Shown here one piece after another: positions 47,853 to 57,724 of a stretch of 64,000 nt of DNA. The stretch comes from Syntrophorhabdaceae bacterium (GTDB lineage Bacteria; Desulfobacterota; Syntrophorhabdia; Syntrophorhabdales; Syntrophorhabdaceae), in assembly GCA_963665295.1 (NCBI GenBank), contig OY762209.1:768001-832000 (forward strand), given 5' to 3'. The position numbers were made by a program, and so were the translations under genes. Within the stretch, counting starts at the first letter, position 1. Each line of letters begins with the position of its first letter. The notes under the pieces were generated by a model, which made no database searches, was not told the origin of the DNA, and saw only the letters and a program-made list of their open reading frames with translations.

Positions 47853-50387
47853 TTGGAGAAAGCTATGAGCACAATCGTCCAGAACGTCAATGTTCATGTC
47901 AGTCATTCCGACATTCAATTCCTTAAATGGCTTCACATATCGGACTTACATTTCGGTCAGGGCAGATACGCCCATAGTCGCGTTGATCAGGAAATGGTCG
48001 TCGAAGAACTTCTTCACGACGCCACCCAAGTGAGAAAACTAATCGGTTCACCCGACTTCGTCTTCCTCACCGGAGACGTAGCGTTCAGCGCGGACCCCGC
48101 CGAGTATGCCGTAGCAGCGGCATGGACTGATCGACTACTTGAGCAGTTGGGCGTGGACCAGGAGAATTTGTACATCGTCCCAGGCAATCACGATGTAGAT
48201 CGCCGAAGAGCCTTGGATGGACCGACGCATAGGTTCATCCACACCGGGCTAAGACAGACTCCTGAGACGATTGATGACTATCTTGCTAGGCCAACTGAGT
48301 TGGAACAACTCTGGACAAAACTCAAGGCTTTCTCTGACTTCGCGAGGCCATATGGGCCAGTCCAGGTGTCTTACGACTTCCCGTTCTGGACGCACGCAGT
48401 TGATACACTAATGGGCCCCGTCGAGATCGTGGGTCTCAATACAGTCCTATTGAGCTTTGACGATGCAGACCGCGGTTCTCTGACTGTCGGTAAACACCAA
48501 CTCAAGGTCCTGCAAGACCGACAGCGGTTTCGCATAGTGCTTCAGCATCATCCACCTCAATGGCTGCGCGATGGCGACGAACTGAACAAAATACTAAGTA
48601 CTCGCCCACATGTTCTCCTGTGTGGCCACATTCACGAACAACAGGTCCAGGCTATTACCCCTATGGCACAAACCGGACTTCTGCGGTTCGTGGGAGGATC
48701 CGGTCATGAAGACGCAGCACGCCCTCTGCATGCGTACAACTGGGGGCGCGTATCCTCGGAAGGAATCGATTGGTTCCCCAGGCTGTGGAACCACAAGACC
48801 CGTTCGTTTGGGCCGGACTATTCGAATCCAAGCGTTGGTCGTGATCAGTACATCAGGTATACTCGTGAAGATATCCGGGCCTACTCACCTGCGACATTTG
48901 CGTGGCTTCCGGGACGGGATTCCTTTGTCCTGACGCATGTCGAGAGTTGGATAGCGGACAGCCGTGGGCAGTGGCATTTGACGACCGAGAAACCTGTGAA
49001 GGTGACGAAGGATTCTCTACCAGGAATCCTCGACGGACTCCGTGCTGCCGCAGAGGATGCGAACGTCAGCTACGTTGGGTCTGGCGACGACAATAGTTTA
49101 ATCTTCTCTGGTTCGGAGGATGGGTACGATACGCTAAGGCGGTCTCTTGAGTCCGACAGGCAGGCGCTATGCGAGACGCTGGGATTCGAGATCACCCGGA
49201 TTGACAGGGTACAGGGCGCAACTGTGCGGGCATCGGTTTCACAGGATCCTGGAGAGAGTCCACCAAGCCACTCTAAACCGTGGATATCCACGAGCGAGGA
49301 GTTCGTTCCTCCTTTGATTCGCGGATGCAGCATTAATCCGTCTCTGTCGACGGTATCTTTTATTATCGACACGGGAGATAAGGGGAAGCAAATCGACAAG
49401 GAGGAGTTCCAAACTCTGGTAAGTTACTTTTTCTCCTCCTTGTCGTTTCCAGAGGACGACTTTTGGGTTAATCTGTCGGCATATGAGAGCAGAAGAATGA
49501 TCCCACAGGCACTAGGGAGGACCAAGCTTGGTCGAGACATGCTAGCCCAAGACTGCGTTCTGAAGAAGCTGTGCGCCTCGCTTCTGCATCCATCTACCCC
49601 TACAGGTCAGCGGTACTGGGCAGAATTCCATTCGAGGGTGTGCACTTCAGATGGTGCCGCGAGTTGCTTCCAGAAGGTATGGATGCAACCAAAAGTCGCC
49701 ACAGTCTACGAAAAGCCGGCGGGAAAGGAAGAGCCTCAGTTAGAGGGGAACCTCAAAGTTCCCAAAGACCACAGCTTGGCGTATGTGTGTGAAGCCGAAA
49801 TCGGTATTTTCTGTGAGGAGGATGTCATTGCTGCTCACGCGGAATCCGCAAGTGGTGAGCCAGCTTTAGAATCTCGCCGCGCTCACGCCGCTCTCTTTCG
49901 GGATCTCATCGTGCCGGTCATCCATCGGGAAGTGAACAACGGCAGGAACTTCAGTGCAATGCGTCAGATATATAACGCAATGATCCTGGCGACGTGGTTC
50001 CGACTCAGCCATGGAAAGAGCCAGCACTCGCCTTCTTTCATTGGGAGCCGCGATAGTTCACTCGTCTTTGCGACGACAGGCGACCACTCTTTTGTCAGAG
50101 GGGAAAGCAGTATTATCTCTGATGGTTCCATGCAGATAGCCACATCTAACGACGGCATAGACCTCAACGAGTTGTACTACCAAGAGTACCTTCAGCTCTT
50201 CAGGGAAGGGCTTCGACAGACCGAACAGATCGTAGACGTAACCACCGGCCAAGTGACCAGAAGAACATATATGTCCGGCAGATCGGACTTGACGGAAATC
50301 GCGATTCGCTCAACATCATTTCCTTTCGGGCTTCGTTCTTTGCCGCTTCACTGCATAACGGTTCAGGTGAGGGAAGGGGACGGGTAA
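47853..50387 (+). CDS. Calcineurin-like metallophosphoesterase fused to uncharacterised C-terminal domain
   Basis: HISDLH, TGD, PGNHD, HHP, GHIH; probable start 47865 (MSTIV). Confidence 0.85.
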   Translation: MEKAMSTIVQNVNVHVSHSDIQFLKWLHISDLHFGQGRYAHSRVDQEMVVEELLHDATQVRKLIGSPDFVFLTGDVAFSADPAEYAVAAAWTDRLLEQLGVDQENLYIVPGNHDVDRRRALDGPTHRFIHTGLRQTPETIDDYLARPTELEQLWTKLKAFSDFARPYGPVQVSYDFPFWTHAVDTLMGPVEIVGLNTVLLSFDDADRGSLTVGKHQLKVLQDRQRFRIVLQHHPPQWLRDGDELNKILSTRPHVLLCGHIHEQQVQAITPMAQTGLLRFVGGSGHEDAARPLHAYNWGRVSSEGIDWFPRLWNHKTRSFGPDYSNPSVGRDQYIRYTREDIRAYSPATFAWLPGRDSFVLTHVESWIADSRGQWHLTTEKPVKVTKDSLPGILDGLRAAAEDANVSYVGSGDDNSLIFSGSEDGYDTLRRSLESDRQALCETLGFEITRIDRVQGATVRASVSQDPGESPPSHSKPWISTSEEFVPPLIRGCSINPSLSTVSFIIDTGDKGKQIDKEEFQTLVSYFFSSLSFPEDDFWVNLSAYESRRMIPQALGRTKLGRDMLAQDCVLKKLCASLLHPSTPTGQRYWAEFHSRVCTSDGAASCFQKVWMQPKVATVYEKPAGKEEPQLEGNLKVPKDHSLAYVCEAEIGIFCEEDVIAAHAESASGEPALESRRAHAALFRDLIVPVIHREVNNGRNFSAMRQIYNAMILATWFRLSHGKSQHSPSFIGSRDSSLVFATTGDHSFVRGESSIISDGSMQIATSNDGIDLNELYYQEYLQLFREGLRQTEQIVDVTTGQVTRRTYMSGRSDLTEIAIRSTSFPFGLRSLPLHCITVQVREGDG

Positions 50388-50613
50388 TAATATAGAGGCA
50401 CAGCGCTGCAGAAGTCCGTCCAGAGAAAGCAGATTGGTAACCAGCCGCTCAACCGGACCGCCGAAAAAGCCCGTTCCCTCATTGAACAGATGATACTTTT
50501 GGTCAATTCATGGGCTCATCTGCCTTGCTTGGTCTCTGCGTAAAAATCATTAGTTTTTTCCGCACCATTTTGGTGCCGTGCAAGTAGTCGATATCAAACC
50601 CTCTTCACAAGTG

Positions 50614-50732
50614 AAGGCATAGGGGTCAGCCCTTGACACGAGACAGATAGCTAACAACCACTTGAAAAACACAATGATTCAGGTCCTTTTACAGTAGATA
50701 TGTCCCGTGTCAAGGGCTGACCCCTATGCCTT
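50614..50732. mobile_element. MITE/REP-like element with 32-bp inverted repeats
   Basis: AAGGCATAGGGGTCAGCCCTTGACACGAGACA ... TGTCCCGTGTCAAGGGCTGACCCCTATGCCTT (1 mismatch), 55-bp spacer. Confidence 0.7.
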
Positions 50733-51398
50733 TTCTCGTGATAGATCCTGCCTCCAGCATGACGGTGAGGCCGAGGATATCTCCTATGCCGGGCAGGGTG
50801 AGGAGGCCTTTGAATTCATCCCTGAGTTTCGCCTCTGCAAGGATCACCCCTTCGATGCGGTCTATCTCTTTGGTGAGTTCACGCATGATCGTAACGCTTG
50901 CGTTGACGGAGAGAAACAGATGTTCCTCCGGGAAGAGCTTTCTTACCTCAACCTCATCAAACTTCTTTACCACATCTCCCCTCACGATAATTCCCAAACT
51001 CCGGCTTATGATGTTCTTGATGCTCAGGATATGGGAAGATCGATGACGCACCAGATGCAACCGTTTTCTCAGGAGATCCCGGATGGGCCTCTCTTCCCTG
51101 GGATAAATATACCCTGTAGGCAATATCCCCAACCGTAAGAGATTGGCAAGCCAGAGGGCGCTTCTCTTATCGTCTATGTTCTTGAGTCCCTCATATTGTT
51201 TGATGGCTGCGGGATTGGCGAGACGCACCGTATATCCATTCTCCATGAGCCCATCCACGAACCAGTACCAGTTGAAGGTAGACTCCACCGCGATCGCGGA
51301 CACCTCTTTCCTGAACGGGTCCAATGTGCCAAGAACGGTCGGGAGATCATTATTCAGCTTCTTCTGAAAGATGACCTTATTTGCCTCGTCAACGATAC
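50733..51398 (-). pseudogene. IS110-family transposase fragment, truncated at both ends
   Basis: AVESTFNWYW, ANP, K.IDDKRSA..LA.LLR, TLPGIG; cut by IS630 at CTAG (5' side) and by the MITE (3' side). Confidence 0.88.
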
Positions 51399-51803
51399 CT
51401 AGTGTAGTGTCTCAGTAACGCCTTTACAGCGATTCACTTTTTCAAGTATCTCCTCGGCCTTCCTGGTCCATACGAAGGGTTTGGGGTCTTCGTTGTTGCA
51501 GCGAATATATTCTTCGATGGCGGTCACCAGTTCCTGAACGCTTTTGAAGATGCCGCGACGAATTCTCTTTCGTGTGATCTCCCCGAACCAGCGCTCCACC
51601 AGGTTAAGCCACGACGAGCTTGTGGGTGTAAAGTGGGGAACGAAACGGGGGTGTTTTTCGAGCCATGCTTTCACATTGGGGTGGGTATGAGTTCCGTAGT
51701 TGTCGAGAATCATATGGACATCGAGGCCCTTTGGCACCTGACGGTCTATGGTACGCAGGAACTTAAGAAATTCGGTATTTCTGTGGCGGGGATAGCAGGA
51801 GCC
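51399..51803 (-). mobile_element. IS630-family element B, 3' fragment
   Basis: Matches the start of 59757..60897 up to CAGGAGCC, where IS66 begins. Confidence 0.92.
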
Positions 51804-51821
51804 GTAACAGTTTAGTCCCCC

Positions 51822-53342
51822 TCACGGAGCCCTCGCCCCATTGCGATACAGTGCCGCCTGTGCCGTCATGGTATCCGACACCAGAAGCGTCTCCAGGAAC
51901 TTCCGTGGATCGTTCCCTTGCCTCATGGAAGTAATGATGAGACTCGGCAGGATACTGTGGGTCTTCAGTCCCGTTGCCGACCGCGTACCGAACATGAGCT
52001 TCCTCATGATCACCAGGAAGCGGATCGACTGTTCTGCCTGGTTGTTGGTAGGTGGTACTCCCGGATAGCGAAGGAACGTGAAGAGAAACTTCCGGTCTTT
52101 GCCGGTAAGGAAGGTACGGAGCCCTTCCGCCGGCTTATACTTGAGGGGCTTTGCACATATCTTCCCGAGGGTTGCTCTCAATTGCTTCTCGATGCGGGGA
52201 GCATCTCCCCACTCTCTCTTTCCCTTAAGAAGATCCCCGCCCGCGGCGCAGGCATCCGAGAAGAGCCTCCCGACCGCATCACAGAACGCCTCCGCTTTTG
52301 TATCTCTTGTCTCCATGAGGACGAGCTCCCGGGTCAACTCCCTGGCCCTGGTGATAAGGTGGGCAAGGCATGTCTGCCTTTCTCTCGCATGAACTCCGTT
52401 ATACGCGGCATAGCGGTCGGTGATGAGCACCCCGTCGAAGTTGTCCCCGAGAAGATGTTGAGCCACGTCTGTCGAGCGGTGCCGGTCGATATGGAAGAGG
52501 GCAAGATCGGCGTTTCCCGCATACCACGCGTAATGACCGGTCCCGTCGTTCCTCCATGATGTCTCATCGGCATGAACTATTTCCGAGGCGCGTATCTTCT
52601 CCCGGAGGTCTTCATAAAGAGGTGTCCCCCTTTTCGCCGCAGCCCTGTCAAACCCCACTGCCGAAGCAGGGACAAAGGCAAGGCCGAAGATCTCCCTCAT
52701 AACTTCCTCTACCTTTCGATAGCTCATACCTATCCTGTACCGCAAGTATAAGGCAACGGATTTCGTAACCGGTCCGATAGGAGCATTCGGAAGTTCGTCG
52801 GGAGCCGCCTTCACCACAGAACGCCCGCAACGGCTACAGTATGCTTCCTTATGCACATACCGTCTCACCACCGTGCGGGGTCTTATGACAATGTCTTCCT
52901 GCACATGCTCACGGATCCCTTCCCCGGGGACAAGAGGGCCTGACCCGCAATGGGGGCATCGATCGGGAGCGGGCACGTGAACCGTCGCATCCACGCGGGC
53001 AGGCTCGGGCCTGAACCACCCGGGGTGTCCGACCGGAGCGCCGCGCTTCCTCCCTGCCAAAGAGACCGCATGCTCCGGTTTTTTGTTCGCCTTGAACTGT
53101 CTTCGATGCAATGCGGTATTCTTCGCCTTCAGTTCCTCGTTCTCCTTCTCTAAAAGACGGATACGCTTCATGGTGTCATCCAGCCTGTCCCGGAACACAT
53201 CGATAATCCGAAGATGCTCTTCGTACACCTCATGGGCCCGCTCATATTCTCCAAAGACCCATAGGGTGGAGAGAAAGTTAAGATGGGGGCAATTGTCCTT
53301 ATAAAGACAATCGTAGCCGTATGGAGGATAGACCCTCTTCAC
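51822..53342 (-). CDS. IS66 transposase
   Basis: Coiled coil, GAP.GHPG, CPHC/CSRC zinc finger, HADET, TDRYAAY, CLAH, TNN.AE.SIR. Confidence 0.95.
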   Translation of the reverse strand: MKRVYPPYGYDCLYKDNCPHLNFLSTLWVFGEYERAHEVYEEHLRIIDVFRDRLDDTMKRIRLLEKENEELKAKNTALHRRQFKANKKPEHAVSLAGRKRGAPVGHPGWFRPEPARVDATVHVPAPDRCPHCGSGPLVPGEGIREHVQEDIVIRPRTVVRRYVHKEAYCSRCGRSVVKAAPDELPNAPIGPVTKSVALYLRYRIGMSYRKVEEVMREIFGLAFVPASAVGFDRAAAKRGTPLYEDLREKIRASEIVHADETSWRNDGTGHYAWYAGNADLALFHIDRHRSTDVAQHLLGDNFDGVLITDRYAAYNGVHARERQTCLAHLITRARELTRELVLMETRDTKAEAFCDAVGRLFSDACAAGGDLLKGKREWGDAPRIEKQLRATLGKICAKPLKYKPAEGLRTFLTGKDRKFLFTFLRYPGVPPTNNQAEQSIRFLVIMRKLMFGTRSATGLKTHSILPSLIITSMRQGNDPRKFLETLLVSDTMTAQAALYRNGARAP

Positions 53343-53617
53343 TCGCTCTCCTGTTTCAGTATCTCCCAGTTGATCTTAGAAAGCTTCTGTATGAGAAGCC
53401 ACATCATCTTGTACCGCTTCGTCATCTCCTTCGCCTTCTCGGCAATCTGTTTTCTCACATACACGGTTACGGTCTTCCCCTTCACTTTTGTGGTAAGGGA
53501 GTGGCCCGTCATGGAAGGGGACTTGGCCACCGTCCCGATAAGGAAGAAATCCAGCTGTGCGACAATGTCCTCCTTAAGTCTCTCCCGCTGCCTTTTAAGA
53601 AGATCGATTTGTTCCAT
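53339..53617 (-). CDS. IS66-associated small accessory protein
   Basis: 92 aa, overlaps the transposase start, present in all three copies. Confidence 0.75.
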   Translation of the reverse strand: MEQIDLLKRQRERLKEDIVAQLDFFLIGTVAKSPSMTGHSLTTKVKGKTVTVYVRKQIAEKAKEMTKRYKMMWLLIQKLSKINWEILKQESE

Positions 53618-53770
53618 TGAACCCTCCGACTGAGTAGTAGTACTCCTATTATAATACCATCATGGAACAAGGAAATCAAAGGTTTTGTGGAAATTAGACA
53701 TAATATTTTGCTGGAAAAAGTTCCGGGGGGACTAAACTGTTACTGTATTCTTGTAACAGTTTAGTCCCCC

Positions 53771-55291
53771 TCACGGAGCCCTCGCCCCATTGCGATACAG
53801 TGCCGCCTGTGCCGTCATGGTATCCGACACCAGAAGCGTCTCCAGGAACTTCCGTGGATCGTTCCCTTGCCTCATGGAAGTAATGATGAGACTCGGCAGG
53901 ATACTGTGGGTCTTCAGTCCCGTTGCCGACCGCGTACCGAACATGAGCTTCCTCATGATCACCAGGAAGCGGATCGACTGTTCTGCCTGGTTGTTGGTAG
54001 GTGGTACTCCCGGATAGCGAAGGAACGTGAAGAGAAACTTCCGGTCTTTGCCGGTAAGGAAGGTACGGAGCCCTTCCGCCGGCTTATACTTGAGGGGCTT
54101 TGCACATATCTTCCCGAGGGTTGCTCTCAATTGCTTCTCGATGCGGGGAGCATCTCCCCACTCTCTCTTTCCCTTAAGAAGATCCCCGCCCGCGGCGCAG
54201 GCATCCGAGAAGAGCCTCCCGACCGCATCACAGAACGCCTCCGCTTTTGTATCTCTTGTCTCCATGAGGACGAGCTCCCGGGTCAACTCCCTGGCCCTGG
54301 TGATAAGGTGGGCAAGGCATGTCTGCCTTTCTCTCGCATGAACTCCGTTATACGCGGCATAGCGGTCGGTGATGAGCACCCCGTCGAAGTTGTCCCCGAG
54401 AAGATGTTGAGCCACGTCTGTCGAGCGGTGCCGGTCGATATGGAAGAGGGCAAGATCGGCGTTTCCCGCATACCACGCGTAATGACCGGTCCCGTCGTTC
54501 CTCCATGATGTCTCATCGGCATGAACTATTTCCGAGGCGCGTATCTTCTCCCGGAGGTCTTCATAAAGAGGCGCCCCCCTTTTCGCCGCAGCCCTGTCAA
54601 ACCCCACTGCCGAAGCAGGGACAAAGGCAAGGCCGAAGATCTCCCTCATAACTTCCTCTACCTTTCGATAGCTCATACCTATCCTGTACCGCAAGTATAA
54701 GGCAACGGATTTCGTAACCGGTCCGATAGGAGCATTCGGAAGTTCGTCGGGAGCCGCCTTCACCACAGAACGCCCGCAACGGCTACAGTATGCTTCCTTA
54801 TGCACATACCGTCTCACCACCGTGCGGGGTCTTATGACAATGTCTTCCTGCACATGCTCACGGATCCCTTCCCCGGGGACAAGAGGGCCTGACCCGCAAT
54901 GGGGGCATCGATCGGGAGCGGGCACGTGAACCGTCGCATCCACGCGGGCAGGCTCGGGCCTGAACCACCCGGGGTGTCCGACCGGAGCGCCGCGCTTCCT
55001 CCCTGCCAAAGAGACCGCATGCTCCGGTTTTTTGTTCGCCTTGAACTGTCTTCGATGCAATGCGGTATTCTTCGCCTTCAGTTCCTCGTTCTCCTTCTCT
55101 AAAAGACGGATACGCTTCATGGTGTCATCCAGCCTGTCCCGGAACACATCGATAATCCGAAGATGCTCTTCGTACACCTCATGGGCCCGCTCATATTCTC
55201 CAAAGACCCATAGGGTGGAGAGAAAGTTAAGATGGGGGCAATTGTCCTTATAAAGACAATCGTAGCCGTATGGAGGATAGACCCTCTTCAC
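53771..55291 (-). CDS. IS66 transposase
   Basis: As copy 1 with one T>A change (KRGAP). Confidence 0.95.
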   Translation of the reverse strand: MKRVYPPYGYDCLYKDNCPHLNFLSTLWVFGEYERAHEVYEEHLRIIDVFRDRLDDTMKRIRLLEKENEELKAKNTALHRRQFKANKKPEHAVSLAGRKRGAPVGHPGWFRPEPARVDATVHVPAPDRCPHCGSGPLVPGEGIREHVQEDIVIRPRTVVRRYVHKEAYCSRCGRSVVKAAPDELPNAPIGPVTKSVALYLRYRIGMSYRKVEEVMREIFGLAFVPASAVGFDRAAAKRGAPLYEDLREKIRASEIVHADETSWRNDGTGHYAWYAGNADLALFHIDRHRSTDVAQHLLGDNFDGVLITDRYAAYNGVHARERQTCLAHLITRARELTRELVLMETRDTKAEAFCDAVGRLFSDACAAGGDLLKGKREWGDAPRIEKQLRATLGKICAKPLKYKPAEGLRTFLTGKDRKFLFTFLRYPGVPPTNNQAEQSIRFLVIMRKLMFGTRSATGLKTHSILPSLIITSMRQGNDPRKFLETLLVSDTMTAQAALYRNGARAP

Positions 55292-55578
55292 TCGCTCTCC
55301 TGTTTCAGTATCTCCCAGTTGATCTTAGAAAGCTTCTGTATGAGAAGCCACATCATCTTGTACCGCTTCGTCATCTCCTTCGCCTTCTCGGCAATCTGTT
55401 TTCTCACATACACGGTTACGGTCTTCCCCTTCACTTTTGTGGTAAGGGAGTGGCCCGTCATGGAAGGGGACTTGGCCACCGTCCCGATAAGGAAGAAATC
55501 CAGCTGTGCGACAATGTCCTCCTTAAGTCTCTCCCGCTGCCTTTTAAGAAGATCGATTTGTTCCATTGAACCCTCCAC
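55288..55578 (-). CDS. IS66-associated small accessory protein
   Basis: As copy 1. Confidence 0.75.
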   Translation of the reverse strand: MEGSMEQIDLLKRQRERLKEDIVAQLDFFLIGTVAKSPSMTGHSLTTKVKGKTVTVYVRKQIAEKAKEMTKRYKMMWLLIQKLSKINWEILKQESE

Positions 55579-55718
55579 ATGAGTAGTAGTACTTCTATTA
55601 TAATACCATCATGGAACAAGGGAATCAAAGGTGTTGTGCAAATTAGACATAATATTTTGCTGGAAAAAGTTCCGAGAGGACTAAACTGTTACCAGGAGCC
55701 GTAACAGTTTAGTCCCCC

Positions 55719-57239
55719 TCACGGAGCCCTCGCCCCATTGCGATACAGTGCCGCCTGTGCCGTCATGGTATCCGACACCAGAAGCGTCTCCAGGAACTTC
55801 CGTGGATCGTTCCCTTGCCTCATGGAAGTAATGATGAGACTCGGCAGGATACTGTGGGTCTTCAGTCCCGTTGCCGACCGCGTACCGAACATGAGCTTCC
55901 TCATGATCACCAGGAAGCGGATCGACTGTTCTGCCTGGTTGTTGGTAGGTGGTACTCCCGGATAGCGAAGGAACGTGAAGAGAAACTTCCGGTCTTTGCC
56001 GGTAAGGAAGGTACGGAGCCCTTCCGCCGGCTTATACTTGAGGGGCTTTGCACATATCTTCCCGAGGGTTGCTCTCAATTGCTTCTCGATGCGGGGAGCA
56101 TCTCCCCACTCTCTCTTTCCCTTAAGAAGATCCCCGCCCGCGGCGCAGGCATCCGAGAAGAGCCTCCCGACCGCATCACAGAACGCCTCCGCTTTTGTAT
56201 CTCTTGTCTCCATGAGGACGAGCTCCCGGGTCAACTCCCTGGCCCTGGTGATAAGGTGGGCAAGGCATGTCTGCCTTTCTCTCGCATGAACTCCGTTATA
56301 CGCGGCATAGCGGTCGGTGATGAGCACCCCGTCGAAGTTGTCCCCGAGAAGATGTTGAGCCACGTCTGTCGAGCGGTGCCGGTCGATATGGAAGAGGGCA
56401 AGATCGGCGTTTCCCGCATACCACGCGTAATGACCGGTCCCGTCGTTCCTCCATGATGTCTCATCGGCATGAACTATTTCCGAGGCGCGTATCTTCTCCC
56501 GGAGGTCTTCATAAAGAGGTGTCCCCCTTTTCGCCGCAGCCCTGTCAAACCCCACTGCCGAAGCAGGGACAAAGGCAAGGCCGAAGATCTCCCTCATAAC
56601 TTCCTCTACCTTTCGATAGCTCATACCTATCCTGTACCGCAAGTATAAGGCAACGGATTTCGTAACCGGTCCGATAGGAGCATTCGGAAGTTCGTCGGGA
56701 GCCGCCTTCACCACAGAACGCCCGCAACGGCTACAGTATGCTTCCTTATGCACATACCGTCTCACCACCGTGCGGGGTCTTATGACAATGTCTTCCTGCA
56801 CATGCTCACGGATCCCTTCCCCGGGGACAAGAGGGCCTGACCCGCAATGGGGGCATCGATCGGGAGCGGGCACGTGAACCGTCGCATCCACGCGGGCAGG
56901 CTCGGGCCTGAACCACCCGGGGTGTCCGACCGGAGCGCCGCGCTTCCTCCCTGCCAAAGAGACCGCATGCTCCGGTTTTTTGTTCGCCTTGAACTGTCTT
57001 CGATGCAATGCGGTATTCTTCGCCTTCAGTTCCTCGTTCTCCTTCTCTAAAAGACGGATACGCTTCATGGTGTCATCCAGCCTGTCCCGGAACACATCGA
57101 TAATCCGAAGATGCTCTTCGTACACCTCATGGGCCCGCTCATATTCTCCAAAGACCCATAGGGTGGAGAGAAAGTTAAGATGGGGGCAATTGTCCTTATA
57201 AAGACAATCGTAGCCGTATGGAGGATAGACCCTCTTCAC
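55719..57239 (-). CDS. IS66 transposase
   Basis: Same translation as copy 1. Confidence 0.95.
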   Translation of the reverse strand: MKRVYPPYGYDCLYKDNCPHLNFLSTLWVFGEYERAHEVYEEHLRIIDVFRDRLDDTMKRIRLLEKENEELKAKNTALHRRQFKANKKPEHAVSLAGRKRGAPVGHPGWFRPEPARVDATVHVPAPDRCPHCGSGPLVPGEGIREHVQEDIVIRPRTVVRRYVHKEAYCSRCGRSVVKAAPDELPNAPIGPVTKSVALYLRYRIGMSYRKVEEVMREIFGLAFVPASAVGFDRAAAKRGTPLYEDLREKIRASEIVHADETSWRNDGTGHYAWYAGNADLALFHIDRHRSTDVAQHLLGDNFDGVLITDRYAAYNGVHARERQTCLAHLITRARELTRELVLMETRDTKAEAFCDAVGRLFSDACAAGGDLLKGKREWGDAPRIEKQLRATLGKICAKPLKYKPAEGLRTFLTGKDRKFLFTFLRYPGVPPTNNQAEQSIRFLVIMRKLMFGTRSATGLKTHSILPSLIITSMRQGNDPRKFLETLLVSDTMTAQAALYRNGARAP

Positions 57240-57526
57240 TCGCTCTCCTGTTTCAGTATCTCCCAGTTGATCTTAGAAAGCTTCTGTATGAGAAGCCACA
57301 TCATCTTGTACCGCTTCGTCATCTCCTTCGCCTTCTCGGCAATCTGTTTTCTCACATACACGGTTACGGTCTTCCCCTTCACTTTTGTGGTAAGGGAGTG
57401 GCCCGTCATGGAAGGGGACTTGGCCACCGTCCCGATAAGGAAGAAATCCAGCTGTGCGACAATGTCCTCCTTAAGTCTCTCCCGCTGCCTTTTAAGAAGA
57501 TCGATTTGTTCCATTGAACCCTCCAC
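57236..57526 (-). CDS. IS66-associated small accessory protein
   Basis: As copy 1. Confidence 0.75.
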   Translation of the reverse strand: MEGSMEQIDLLKRQRERLKEDIVAQLDFFLIGTVAKSPSMTGHSLTTKVKGKTVTVYVRKQIAEKAKEMTKRYKMMWLLIQKLSKINWEILKQESE

Positions 57527-57724
57527 ATGAGTAGTAGTACTTCTATTATAATACCATCATGGAACAAGGAAATCAAAGGTTTTGTGGAAATTAGACATAA
57601 TATTTTGCTGGAAAAAGTTCCGGGGGGACTAAACTGTTACCAGGAGCCTAGGGATACATTGGGGGACGACCGTAAATAAGTAAATAACCCTTGACATGCC
57701 CCTCTCCGCCTGATACCATCACCT

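Larger units (their letters stand above)
51804..53743 (-). mobile_element. IS66-family element, copy 1 (1940 bp)
   Basis: IR GTAACAGTTTAGTCC / GGACTAAACTGTTAC. Confidence 0.95.
53753..55692 (-). mobile_element. IS66-family element, copy 2 (1940 bp)
   Basis: Same IRs; ORFs 53771..55291 and 55288..55578; a few SNPs. Confidence 0.95.
55701..57640 (-). mobile_element. IS66-family element, copy 3 (1940 bp)
   Basis: Same IRs; flanked by CAGGAGCC on both sides. Confidence 0.95.
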
